Positions 1 to 8,744 of a DNA stretch of 47,667 bases are shown one piece after another (the stretch's first letter is position 1; each line of letters opens with the position of its first letter). The notes under the pieces were generated by a model that was not told where the DNA came from, did not search any database, and was given only the letters and a program-made list of their open reading frames with translations. The stretch spans positions 1 to 47,667 of the forward strand of contig JAJZLV010000125.1 in the NCBI GenBank assembly GCA_021803215.1. The letters are read 5' to 3'. This DNA comes from Actinomycetes bacterium. GTDB taxonomy: Bacteria > Actinomycetota > Acidimicrobiia > Acidimicrobiales > Bog-793. The position numbers and the translations under genes are program-made.

Positions 1-7
1 GCGGTCG

Positions 8-84
<77 letters not shown>

Positions 85-96
85 GCGAAGAAGGCC

Positions 97-102
97 AGTA
101 TA
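97..102 (-). promoter_or_regulatory. Putative -10 box (TATACT) of the tRNA-Met gene
   Basis: TATACT on the minus strand 12 nt upstream of the mature tRNA 5' end, in GC-rich surroundings. Confidence 0.55.
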
Positions 103-443
103 GAGGAGACCAGGCGCCCCCGCCGCTGGTAGCGCCTCAGTCGGAATCACGCGCGCTGAGAGGCCTAAGGGGATGGTCGGCTCCTGCAGCGATCTCTCCA
201 GGGCTGCTCGGTGAGCCGACCCGCACACACCAGGCCGCGTGTCAAAGATGAGTCTTCGTCCTGCGACGGCGAAGTGGACAGAGCACTGGGCCGGCTCTTC
301 GGCGCTGGTGATGCTCACGCGGTGGGTTTTGTGAGGGAGTCATCACTGGGAGATTCGGCCAGCAGCCGAAAGGCACGACGAACGGCCCGGGCGGAGACCA
401 GTAGCCCTGTCGTCGAGGGACCAGAGCACGTAACATCTTGGCC

Positions 444-857
444 ATGTCTTCGGCTTCGGAAGTTCTCGCAAAGGTTCCGATCTTCTCTATGCAGCCTCCC
501 AAGGAGATCGCGAAGCTCGCCCGTGCCGCCCACGAGCGCACCTTCGCGGCGGGGACCGTCATGAGCGAGGAAGAGGACTTCGGGAGCATCTTCACCGTCA
601 TCGTCGATGGGGAAGCGAGCGTCTCCGTAAGGGGCCGCCAGGCACGCACCTTGAAAGCAGGAGACTTCTTCGGCGAGATGTCGATCATCGACCGGTCTCC
701 TCGCTCGGCGACTGTCAAGGCAGAGACAGACTGCACCTGCCTCATGCTCACCCAGCCAGTCTTCCGCCCCTTTGCCGTCTCACATCCCGACACCATGTGG
801 GCGCTCTTGGAGCTGATGGTGAAGCGGGTACGCGAGAGCGAGGCGCGCCAGAGCTAG
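444..857 (+). CDS. Stand-alone cyclic nucleotide-binding domain protein
   Basis: VPIFS, GDFFGEMSIIDRSPRSATV phosphate-binding cassette; ends before any CRP HTH. ATG 444 preferred over TTG 438. Confidence 0.9.
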   Translation: MSSASEVLAKVPIFSMQPPKEIAKLARAAHERTFAAGTVMSEEEDFGSIFTVIVDGEASVSVRGRQARTLKAGDFFGEMSIIDRSPRSATVKAETDCTCLMLTQPVFRPFAVSHPDTMWALLELMVKRVRESEARQS

Positions 858-859
858 CA

Positions 860-1700
860 GAAGGGACCGGCTCGTCAGGCACCAGTGCCACGCTCGGCTC
901 CCTTGCACTCCTCTCTGGGACAGTCCTCTTCGCCGACACCGCCGAGACCGACGGCATCTCGAGTCCGAGGCGGGAGCCCACCTCTTGCTCAATGCCCGGC
1001 AGGAACTGCCCGGCAGGCGTTGCAGCCAGCGCCCACTCATCTCTAGGCCGGCAGCGCTCTCGGAGAGCTCCGCTGGTAGCTTCGGCACCGGTGCGAGATC
1101 GAAGGTGGCCGTCCGGCCGAATCCCGGCTGGCGAGCCTCTTCCAGCACCGCACGGAGCCGGAAGAGTCGCTGCCCCGCCTCGCTGGGAGGCTCCCGCGCC
1201 TTCCAGAGAACCTCTCGGTGAAGAGATCTCTCGACGCTGGCGAGCCCCTCCCAGGCCTCGCCCGCCCAGACGAAGACCGCCGAAACCTCGAGCCAAGGCG
1301 AACCAATGGAGACGAGCTGGCCTCCTGTGTCATAGAGAGCCACGATGCCTGCGAGCCGACAACGCGTAGCCCTTCGACAACTCGACGACGTCGGCGTCGA
1401 TCTGGGTCCGGTCGGTGCCTTGGGCGAAGAGCCGGCGATGGCCGCCTTCCAGCCCGAGGTCGCGCTCATAGTGGCCGGCGAGCTCGCCAGAGTCCCAGAG
1501 CGCGCCTGCTGTACGTAGAAGCGGTCGAAAGCTCATCGCTAACCCTGGCACCGAGTGGCACGTCGAGAGCCAAGAGGAGGTCCGCGTGCCCGGATGGGCG
1601 AGGAGCCCACGCCGGCCAGGAAGCCGCCGGCTTCTCCTCGCGCCAGCCCGTCAGATTATCGAGCAGTCGTCGCTGCCCGCAGAGCTGGGCCGGAAGACAC
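860..1700 (-). pseudogene. Possible decayed gene of unknown family
   Basis: Protein-like segments occur in successive minus-strand frames (LWDSGELAGHYERDLGLEGGHRRLFAQG; LAGIVALYDTGGQLVSIG...); no single intact ORF; family not recognised. Confidence 0.3.
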
Positions 1701-1732
1701 AAGCCGCTCCCGGCCGCCCGGCAGGAGACCGC

Positions 1733-1873
1733 TCAGTAGCTACCGCCGTGCACGGTCGTCGCCGGGTGGTGGCCACCGCCATTCGAGCTGCAGCCGGCCG
1801 CCACAAGTCCGCCGCCCACGATGAGGGCGACCGCGAACAGCACCCGCCGGTAAATCGAGACGCGCCTTTGCAT
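1733..1873 (-). CDS. 46-aa putative lipoprotein
   Basis: MQRRVSIYRRVLFAVALIVGGGLVAAG-CSSNGGGHHPATTVHGGSY: basic N-region, hydrophobic core, lipobox-like VAAGC; purine-rich GAAAGGGA before ATG; 40 bp downstream of the MFS-ASST gene. Confidence 0.7.
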   Translation of the reverse strand: MQRRVSIYRRVLFAVALIVGGGLVAAGCSSNGGGHHPATTVHGGSY

Positions 1874-1913
1874 TCTGTTCCCTTTCAAACGATCGCTCCG
1901 GCCTGTCAAAAGC

Positions 1914-4913
1914 TCAGTGAAATTTCCTCTCGATCCCAAAGACCCGAGACGACCTGAGGACTCGGCCGGCCGAGTCGAGCGCCTCAACCTCGAAGCGCCT
2001 GGCCCTCGAGGAGACGAGCATCACGCTCTGGAAGCCTCTCTTCGGGGCAGTCAGCAGCTGGCGGAACCGGCCGCCCGGTCCTTCAGCCAGCACCCGCCAG
2101 CGCGCCACCTCGGTCGCCCCGTTCCAGCTGACGTAGATCTTCGTGCGATCCCCAGCTGGCCGGGCGACCGCCCTCGGGAGGGTGAGCGGCTTTCCCACCC
2201 AATGACGGACGAGGACGGCCCGGTACGACAGGTCCGGGCCGGGCAGCTGGGCATTGAAGATCAGCTTGCCCGAATGGGTGTACTCGGTCAGCTCTGGCTG
2301 GGCCCCCCAGCCGACGAGGACGTCACCGTTCGGCAGGAGCTGGGTGCTGCCCATGTAGGCGGCGTCGAAGCTCTTCCCGTAGACGTACTGCGCCTTCAAG
2401 GTGGCGGTGTGCGTCTTGCGGTTCAGGTGGAGGACGAGGGCACGAGAGGGGGCGGTCGCTCCCACGTAGGTGCCGGCTCCGCTGATCTGGCAGCAGTGGT
2501 CGTCGAACATGGTGATGGTCGACCGACCGTTCATGACGACGTCGTGCTGCCACTCGAACATGGCCTTCTTCGGCAACTTGAACGAGGAGTGCCTGCCTCC
2601 GAGCGTCCAGACGATCTTCTTGGTCTTCACGTTGATGTCGTAAGCCGCCCAGGTGTTGCGCATCGAGACGACGAGCGTGTCCTTGTGACCGAGGCTTATC
2701 GAGTTGACGTGGTAGGCGTCCCAGGGAAAGCCGTTCGTCTGCGGGATGGCGTGCGAGGCGGAGAGCGGGATGTGGTGGAGGGCGTTCCAGCTCCAGACGA
2801 GCTTTCCTGTCTTCAAGTCGTACTTCTGGACCGCCGAGTCCGTGATGGCACCGTTCTCGGTCCCGCCGTACCTGTAGAGGTTCATCGGGATGTTCTTGTT
2901 CGCCGTCACGTAGGCGTACTTGCCCTTGATGATGAACGAATGGAGGGTGAGCACCCAGCCGTCCTGGCCCTTGATCTTGGCGATCGTCTTGTAGTGCTCG
3001 TTCACCACGATGTACTCACCGGACTCGGTCGCCCCGGTCGGGGTGATGATCCCCTGCCACCAGGAGAGGACCGGCTTGCCCTCGTAGATCTGGGCTGCCA
3101 GGTCCGAGGCGACGTACTTGGGCGGCGTCGGCCTGAACCAGATCGGTGTCAGGTTCGGCGCCAACAGGAGCGGGCCGCTCTGACCGTCCATCGGGTGGGT
3201 GGTGAGGTTGTAGAAATTGCCGACCATGACATCGCCCGGAAGCGTCTTCCGGCTGGCCGTGCCCTCCGTGACCGTGATGCGCGGGGGATGGAGATTCGGG
3301 GCCGAGACGAAGTCGTAGGCCCCCTGCTTGCTCCAAGCCCCGATCGGAGCCCCCGCGCCCCCTGCCACACCGAAGTCGAGCGAGAGGAAGGCGACGATGA
3401 GAAGGCCGACCCCGATCGGGAGGCTGAGGCGAAGCTTCGGCTGGCTGCGGGCCGGGGCGTTGTCGGTCCTCGGCATGAACAAGAACGCCACCACCAAGGC
3501 GGCAAGGACGAAGCCGGCTCCTATCAGGTATGCGAGCCGGTAGCCGTCGGTGAGGGCCACTGAGGCCACCTTGTTCTCGCCGAAGAAGTGGGTGGTGAAC
3601 TGGGTGGCGAGCGAGATGAGGAGGGCTATCCCGAGCCCGCCGCCCGATTGCCGGGCGGTGTTGACGAGGCCCGAGACGAGCCCGGCCTGCTCGGGAGCCG
3701 AGCCCTGGATGGCCGCGATCGTCGAAGGGACGATCGAAAGGCCGATGCCGGCCGCCACGAGGAGGCCGGGAAGGACGATGTAGCCGACGGCGCTGCCGCT
3801 CGGCCCGATGCGGACGAAAAGGAGCATGCCGGTGAGCATCAGCAAGAGCCCGCTGACCAGGACCGGGCGGGGCCCGAAGCGGGACACCAGCCCGCCCGCC
3901 CGGTGGGCGGAGAACATGATCAAAAGCGCCATCGGCAAGAAGGCGAGCCCGGTGGCGAGCGGCGTGAGGCCGAGCACCTGCTGGAGGTAGAGAGAGCTCA
4001 CGTACCACATGGGAAAGAGCGCTGCGCTGAACAAGAGAACGACGGCGTTCGCCACGAGCACCGGCCGGGTGAGCGAGCGGAACGGGATGAGCGGCTTTCT
4101 CGCGAGGTGGGTCTCGACGTAGCCGAAGACCCCCGACAGGACGAGTCCGCCCGCTATCGGCCCGATGGCGAGCGGGGCGAGCCAGTTCGAGTTGCCGGCG
4201 TTCACGACCCCGTAGACGATGAGGACCAACGATGCCGTGAGCAGGAGCGCCCCGAAGAGGTCGAAGTCGCTCCTCTCGCTCTCCTTCCTGCGCTCGGCCA
4301 CCACCGCGAGAGCGATGAAGGCGGCGATGATCCCGATCGGCGGGTTTATGAGAAGCACCCAGCGCCAGCCGAGGCCGGAGGTGAGCACCCCGCCGAGCAG
4401 TGTGCCGGCCGCTCCCCCGGCACCGTTCATGGCACCCCAAAGAGCGATCGCCTTGTGACGCTTCGGCCCTGCCTCGAACGAGTAGGTCACGATGGCGAGC
4501 GACGAGGCGGCCATGAGGGCCCCCGAGAGGCCTTGCACGCCGCGGGCGACGACGAGGAGAGTCTGGGTCGGCGCCATGCCGCCCGCCAGCGAGGTGAGCG
4601 AGAACAAAAGGAGGGCGGCGACGAAGAGCCGGCGCTGCCCGAAGTGGTCGCTCGCCCGGCCGCCGAACATCAAAAAGCCGGCGAAGGCGATGGCGTAGGC
4701 GTCCACCACCCACTGCAAGCCGACGGCCGAGAAGCCGAGGCTCGACTGGATGGAGGGGAGGGCGACGTTGACGATGCTCAGGTCCAAGATGACCATGAAC
4801 TGAGCCACGCAGCAGACGACGAGGAGCCAGCGGCTCCTTCCTTCGAAGCTGATCCCTCCCGCCTTGGTCTCCGGCCCGCCGCCGCCTCGGCGCTCGCCGA
4901 CTTCGGTGCTCAC
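1914..4913 (-). CDS. DHA2 (EmrB/QacA-like) MFS transporter fused to a C-terminal arylsulfotransferase (ASST)-like domain
   Basis: N-half: MVILDLSIVNVALPSI, WVVDAYAIAFAG, GGRASDHFGQRR, WRWVLLINPPIG. C-half: APNLHPP, WDAYHVNSI, WTLGG, FEWQHD, MFDD, GSTQLLPNG, YVSWNGATEV. GTG 4913 overlaps the upstream stop (GTGA). Confidence 0.9.
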   Translation of the reverse strand: MSTEVGERRGGGGPETKAGGISFEGRSRWLLVVCCVAQFMVILDLSIVNVALPSIQSSLGFSAVGLQWVVDAYAIAFAGFLMFGGRASDHFGQRRLFVAALLLFSLTSLAGGMAPTQTLLVVARGVQGLSGALMAASSLAIVTYSFEAGPKRHKAIALWGAMNGAGGAAGTLLGGVLTSGLGWRWVLLINPPIGIIAAFIALAVVAERRKESERSDFDLFGALLLTASLVLIVYGVVNAGNSNWLAPLAIGPIAGGLVLSGVFGYVETHLARKPLIPFRSLTRPVLVANAVVLLFSAALFPMWYVSSLYLQQVLGLTPLATGLAFLPMALLIMFSAHRAGGLVSRFGPRPVLVSGLLLMLTGMLLFVRIGPSGSAVGYIVLPGLLVAAGIGLSIVPSTIAAIQGSAPEQAGLVSGLVNTARQSGGGLGIALLISLATQFTTHFFGENKVASVALTDGYRLAYLIGAGFVLAALVVAFLFMPRTDNAPARSQPKLRLSLPIGVGLLIVAFLSLDFGVAGGAGAPIGAWSKQGAYDFVSAPNLHPPRITVTEGTASRKTLPGDVMVGNFYNLTTHPMDGQSGPLLLAPNLTPIWFRPTPPKYVASDLAAQIYEGKPVLSWWQGIITPTGATESGEYIVVNEHYKTIAKIKGQDGWVLTLHSFIIKGKYAYVTANKNIPMNLYRYGGTENGAITDSAVQKYDLKTGKLVWSWNALHHIPLSASHAIPQTNGFPWDAYHVNSISLGHKDTLVVSMRNTWAAYDINVKTKKIVWTLGGRHSSFKLPKKAMFEWQHDVVMNGRSTITMFDDHCCQISGAGTYVGATAPSRALVLHLNRKTHTATLKAQYVYGKSFDAAYMGSTQLLPNGDVLVGWGAQPELTEYTHSGKLIFNAQLPGPDLSYRAVLVRHWVGKPLTLPRAVARPAGDRTKIYVSWNGATEVARWRVLAEGPGGRFRQLLTAPKRGFQSVMLVSSRARRFEVEALDSAGRVLRSSRVFGIERKFH

Positions 4914-5620
4914 GAGGTCTCGGCCGCGACCTCTCCCGCTCGCCACTCCGACAGGACAGCCAGAGCGGAATCGATGATGCGATCGGCGAAGGTGGCGGAG
5001 TCGTTGACGCGGGGGAAGGGCTCCTGCGGCACGGGCAGCTCGAGGAACTCACAAAGAGGCTCCCAGCCCTCTGCCGGGTTCCAGACGAGCAGGCGGTCGG
5101 CCGGAACGGTCGCTTTCACCCCGGCGTTGTACTCCTCCATGGCGTGGGCCATGTAACCGGGATCGGCGTCGTCCGGGTCCTCCGGCATGAGCCCGCTCTT
5201 CTGCCACATAGAGCGCATCATCTCGAGGTAGCCATCCCAGGCAGGGTCGATCTTCGCCCGGGCGCTCGAGAGATCCCGCATGAGGAGGTCGCCGTAGAAC
5301 ATCCCCCAGATCGTGTCGGTCATGCTGCGCTCCCAGCTCTCGGGCTGGCGCACGCTCAACAGCACCTTGGCATCCGGGTAGAACTCGATGAGCTCCCTGT
5401 AATAGAAGGCCCCCGGCCAGTCGACGGTCGCCTGGTACCCGGCAAAGACGCTCTCGAAGTCCCCGCCGCCGCTCTCGAAGAGCGACTGCCACTTCTCTGC
5501 AAGGCTCAAGTCGCCGAGGACGTTTACCATGTGATAGCAGGGCCCGAGCCCGAGCTTTTCGAGCGCCTCTTTCTGCGACAAGGTCGCAGTGCGCGGCAGG
5601 CCGGCTCCGATCAGCTTCAT
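4910..5620 (-). CDS. Sulfotransferase family protein (Sulfotransfer_4-like, probably PAPS-dependent)
   Basis: MKLIGAGLPRTATLS, GPCYHM, ATVDWP, YPDAKVLLSVR, VPADRLLV, GWEPLCEFL, PFPRVN; RBS GGAGGGG before ATG 5620. Confidence 0.9.
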   Translation of the reverse strand: MKLIGAGLPRTATLSQKEALEKLGLGPCYHMVNVLGDLSLAEKWQSLFESGGGDFESVFAGYQATVDWPGAFYYRELIEFYPDAKVLLSVRQPESWERSMTDTIWGMFYGDLLMRDLSSARAKIDPAWDGYLEMMRSMWQKSGLMPEDPDDADPGYMAHAMEEYNAGVKATVPADRLLVWNPAEGWEPLCEFLELPVPQEPFPRVNDSATFADRIIDSALAVLSEWRAGEVAAETS

Positions 5621-5761
5621 GTGATTCCCCTCCAAGGTGTGTTGCTCCCGGACCACCATAGCGAGGCAGTCTTGCGCTGTGAAAGCCTTGAGTGCTGCCT
5701 GGGTCCGAACTGAGAGCTTCCTTGGCTTAGAGCCGCGTATACCCCTACCCTCTCAGGAGGA

Positions 5762-8734
5762 TCAGCTCACCCGCTTCCAGCTGGGAAAGCGCAGCCTCTT
5801 GGCACCGATGGCGTCGGCGCTGGCATGGCTCTTGCCGGCCCGGCCGGGGGAAAGTGGGCTCGGCGGGCTGCTGAACGGACGGCCCTTGGCCGCACCCGTC
5901 GACTTGGAGGAGGCCTTCTGCTCGGCGATGAGCTTGTGGGCTTGGCTCAGGTAACGCCCCATCACTGCGAGGTCCCTCTGCAAGGCGCCGAGCTGGAAGC
6001 CCCTCTCGGCCACGAGCGAGCGCTGGTAGGCCTGATAGGCCTTGTCGAGGTCCGCCGTCACCTTGACCGAGAGCACCGACGACGGAGAGCTGCCCACGTA
6101 GCGGACGCTCGAGCCGAAGACGGACTTGAGCGCTCCGATCAGGCTCGGGGCAAAGCGCACCTCGTTTCCGTTCAAGTCAACCGCCACGTCGGCCAGCACC
6201 GGGGGTGACCTGCTGTCCGAAGAGACGTAGATCGACTGGATGTAGATGAACGAGTCCTCGATAGGGACGAGCACAGGCGAGCCGTAGAGGACCCGGGCGT
6301 GCGCCCGGCGCAAGAGGGCGACCTGTTGCACGACCGCCCGGCTCAGCTGGAGCCGCGACGCCACCAGCGAGGGCCCGAGGGCAGAGGCCTTCACCCGGGG
6401 AAGCTCGTAGCTGATGAGCCGGCCGTAGCTCTTGTAGCCGCTCTCTGCCACGGTGAAGCCGGCCAGCTGCTCGGTCCGTCCGGTGATCGAGAAGGGGACG
6501 AGCGGCTCGACGGCGAGGAACTGGGTGTTGGTCCGCCCCGGCAGGCGCAGCATCTCGTAGGTCGGCACGTAAGGGGCGTTGCGGCTCCCCTCGGCCAGGG
6601 AGAAGGAGTTCTCGAAGCGGTAGAACTCCCTCGCGCCGGCCGCCGTCGCCTGGTAGTGGTAGCGCCCGTACATGGCCGAGAGCAGCATGAGGAGCGACCT
6701 CGAGTAGCGAAGGTGGTTCTCGAGCCCGGGAGAGAGCCGGCTCATCGCCTTGAGCGGCTCGATGAGTCCCGGGTAGACGTGCTCCCAGGCCCTCAGCACC
6801 GGGTCGCGCGGGTCGAGCGCGAAGAAGCTCAGCTTCCCGCTGTAGGCGTTCACGACCGCCACGACCGAGTTGCGGACGTAGTTGTACTGGCCCTGCAGCC
6901 CGTTGTTCGGTCCGAGCACTCCGGTGGGGGCTCCCTCTGCATAGGGGTAGGAGTCGCTCGTGGTGTAGCAGTCGACCATGAAGTAGACCTGCCCGCCCGA
7001 GACGACGGGATAGGGGTGCGAGCCAACCTTCAAAAACGGCGCCGCCTTCGCGACCCGCTGGCGGACGTTCTGCACGAACAAGATGCGTGATCTCTTGGTG
7101 ATGAGGCTCGAGTCGAGCAGGTTGAGGTCGTGAAAGCGCATGGCGAAGGCCGCCCGCTGCCAGAAGCCCGTCAACCGCACACCGCCCGAGCCGCGGTAGT
7201 GGCTCGTGACCGGACCCTTGGCCGTGGCGTAGTCGAGCTCCCTCTCTTTCGTGTCGACCACCACGTAGCTGCTGGAGCTGTCCCCGAAGTAGACGGCCGG
7301 CTGGTCTACGACCGGGGCGCCGTTCGTCGAGTTGTCCGGGATGCCGGAGATGTCATAGGTCGGGCGGCCGCTCGAGGTGACGGTGTTGGCGGGCGACATC
7401 ACGACCCCGTAGCCGTGGGTGTAGATGAGGTGCTCGGCCACCCAGCTGTGGCGCGGGACCGCCCCGCTGTCCACCTCCCTCGTGCCGATCACCACCGGAG
7501 TGAGGCTCTGGCTCCCGCCGTTCGTAAGCTGGTAGCGGTCGATCGAGAGTCCGGCCACCCGGTAGTAGCTGTGGAGCGACTGCATGGCGTCGTAGGTGGC
7601 GCTGGCCACGCTCGGGCTCCAAAGTGGCAGCTCGGCGAGCGCCGGCAGGTCGGCCTCGACCGTGCTCGCCTTCAGGTTGGGGCTGGCGTCGAAGCGGACC
7701 GCCCGAACCTGCGAGAGCCCGAAGGCCGCCCGGGTGGCGGCGATGTTCCGCTGCAGGTACGGGAGCTCGACGCTCGCCTGGGAGGGGTTCACCACCACCC
7801 ACTGCACGATGGCGGGGTAGATCATCCCGATCACGAGGGCCACGAAGGCCCAGAGGCCGACCGCCACGGCCGGCAGCGCCCAGCTGCGGTGGTAGACGTT
7901 GTAGCTGAGCAGGACGAACGAGATCATGCTCAAGATGGCGAGGATCGAGAGCGCCGGCAGGCGGACATGTACGTCGGTGTAGTCGGCCCCCACCACGAGC
8001 CCGTTCGTGGACAGCCCCAGGTCGAAGCGGTCGACGAAGAAGTAGCCGGCGGCTCTCACGAGGGCGACGATGGCGAGGATGAACGAGAGGTGGGCGGTCG
8101 CCCGGGCGTCCACCCGGGGGCTCGGCCCGCTGGTCCGGATGGCGCCGTTCAGGTAGTGGGCGACGGCCGTCACTATGAACAGCACCACGAGGGCCACGAG
8201 CGACCAGTCGACGAGGAAGGACAAGAAGGGCAGGCGGAAGACGAAAAAGCCGATGTCGCGGTGGAACTGCGGGTCCTTCACGCCGAACTTCCCGCCGTTC
8301 ATGAACAACAGCCAGTGCTGCCACTGCCCGCTGGCGCCGACTCCGACCGCCAGGGCGAGGAGGAACGAGACGACCGTGCGCAGCGCTACCCGGAAGCGCC
8401 CGATCGAGGCCCGGTAGCGGCGGGCCATCTCGTACTCGGCCGCCGAGTAGATGTCGGGCGGCGAGAGGGCGTCGGCCACGTGGAGGCTGGTCCAGCAAGA
8501 GACGAAGAAGACCCCGCTGAAGACGATCGCCAGCCCGGCCCGGGTCTCGGCCATCGACCGCCAGATCATCGAGAGGTGGACCGAGCCGAACCAGAGGTAG
8601 TTCGTGTAGGCATCGGCGATCAGCTGGACCGCCACGATGGCCAAGATGACCGCCAGGACCCCGAGGATGATCGCCAGCTGGTAGCCGCGCAGCAGGCGCG
8701 GCCGCGAGATGACGGCCTGGTCTGGGAGCCTCAC
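5762..8734 (-). CDS. UPF0182 family membrane protein
   Basis: YTNYLWF, FGVKDPQFHRDIGFFVFRLPF, GADYTDVHVRLP, HLIYTHGYG, YTTSDSYPY, YNYVRNSV; start placed at GTG 8734. Confidence 0.92.
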   Translation of the reverse strand: MRLPDQAVISRPRLLRGYQLAIILGVLAVILAIVAVQLIADAYTNYLWFGSVHLSMIWRSMAETRAGLAIVFSGVFFVSCWTSLHVADALSPPDIYSAAEYEMARRYRASIGRFRVALRTVVSFLLALAVGVGASGQWQHWLLFMNGGKFGVKDPQFHRDIGFFVFRLPFLSFLVDWSLVALVVLFIVTAVAHYLNGAIRTSGPSPRVDARATAHLSFILAIVALVRAAGYFFVDRFDLGLSTNGLVVGADYTDVHVRLPALSILAILSMISFVLLSYNVYHRSWALPAVAVGLWAFVALVIGMIYPAIVQWVVVNPSQASVELPYLQRNIAATRAAFGLSQVRAVRFDASPNLKASTVEADLPALAELPLWSPSVASATYDAMQSLHSYYRVAGLSIDRYQLTNGGSQSLTPVVIGTREVDSGAVPRHSWVAEHLIYTHGYGVVMSPANTVTSSGRPTYDISGIPDNSTNGAPVVDQPAVYFGDSSSSYVVVDTKERELDYATAKGPVTSHYRGSGGVRLTGFWQRAAFAMRFHDLNLLDSSLITKRSRILFVQNVRQRVAKAAPFLKVGSHPYPVVSGGQVYFMVDCYTTSDSYPYAEGAPTGVLGPNNGLQGQYNYVRNSVVAVVNAYSGKLSFFALDPRDPVLRAWEHVYPGLIEPLKAMSRLSPGLENHLRYSRSLLMLLSAMYGRYHYQATAAGAREFYRFENSFSLAEGSRNAPYVPTYEMLRLPGRTNTQFLAVEPLVPFSITGRTEQLAGFTVAESGYKSYGRLISYELPRVKASALGPSLVASRLQLSRAVVQQVALLRRAHARVLYGSPVLVPIEDSFIYIQSIYVSSDSRSPPVLADVAVDLNGNEVRFAPSLIGALKSVFGSSVRYVGSSPSSVLSVKVTADLDKAYQAYQRSLVAERGFQLGALQRDLAVMGRYLSQAHKLIAEQKASSKSTGAAKGRPFSSPPSPLSPGRAGKSHASADAIGAKRLRFPSWKRVS

Positions 8735-8744
8735 CGGAGAAAGG

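Noticed and set aside
140-410. Possible c-di-GMP-I riboswitch upstream of the cNMP gene (GGCCTAAGG..ATGG near 162; GCCGAAAGGC..GACG near 365)
   Set aside because: The fragments are in the wrong order, far apart and lack the GCAAA elements; an Rfam cmscan would be needed.
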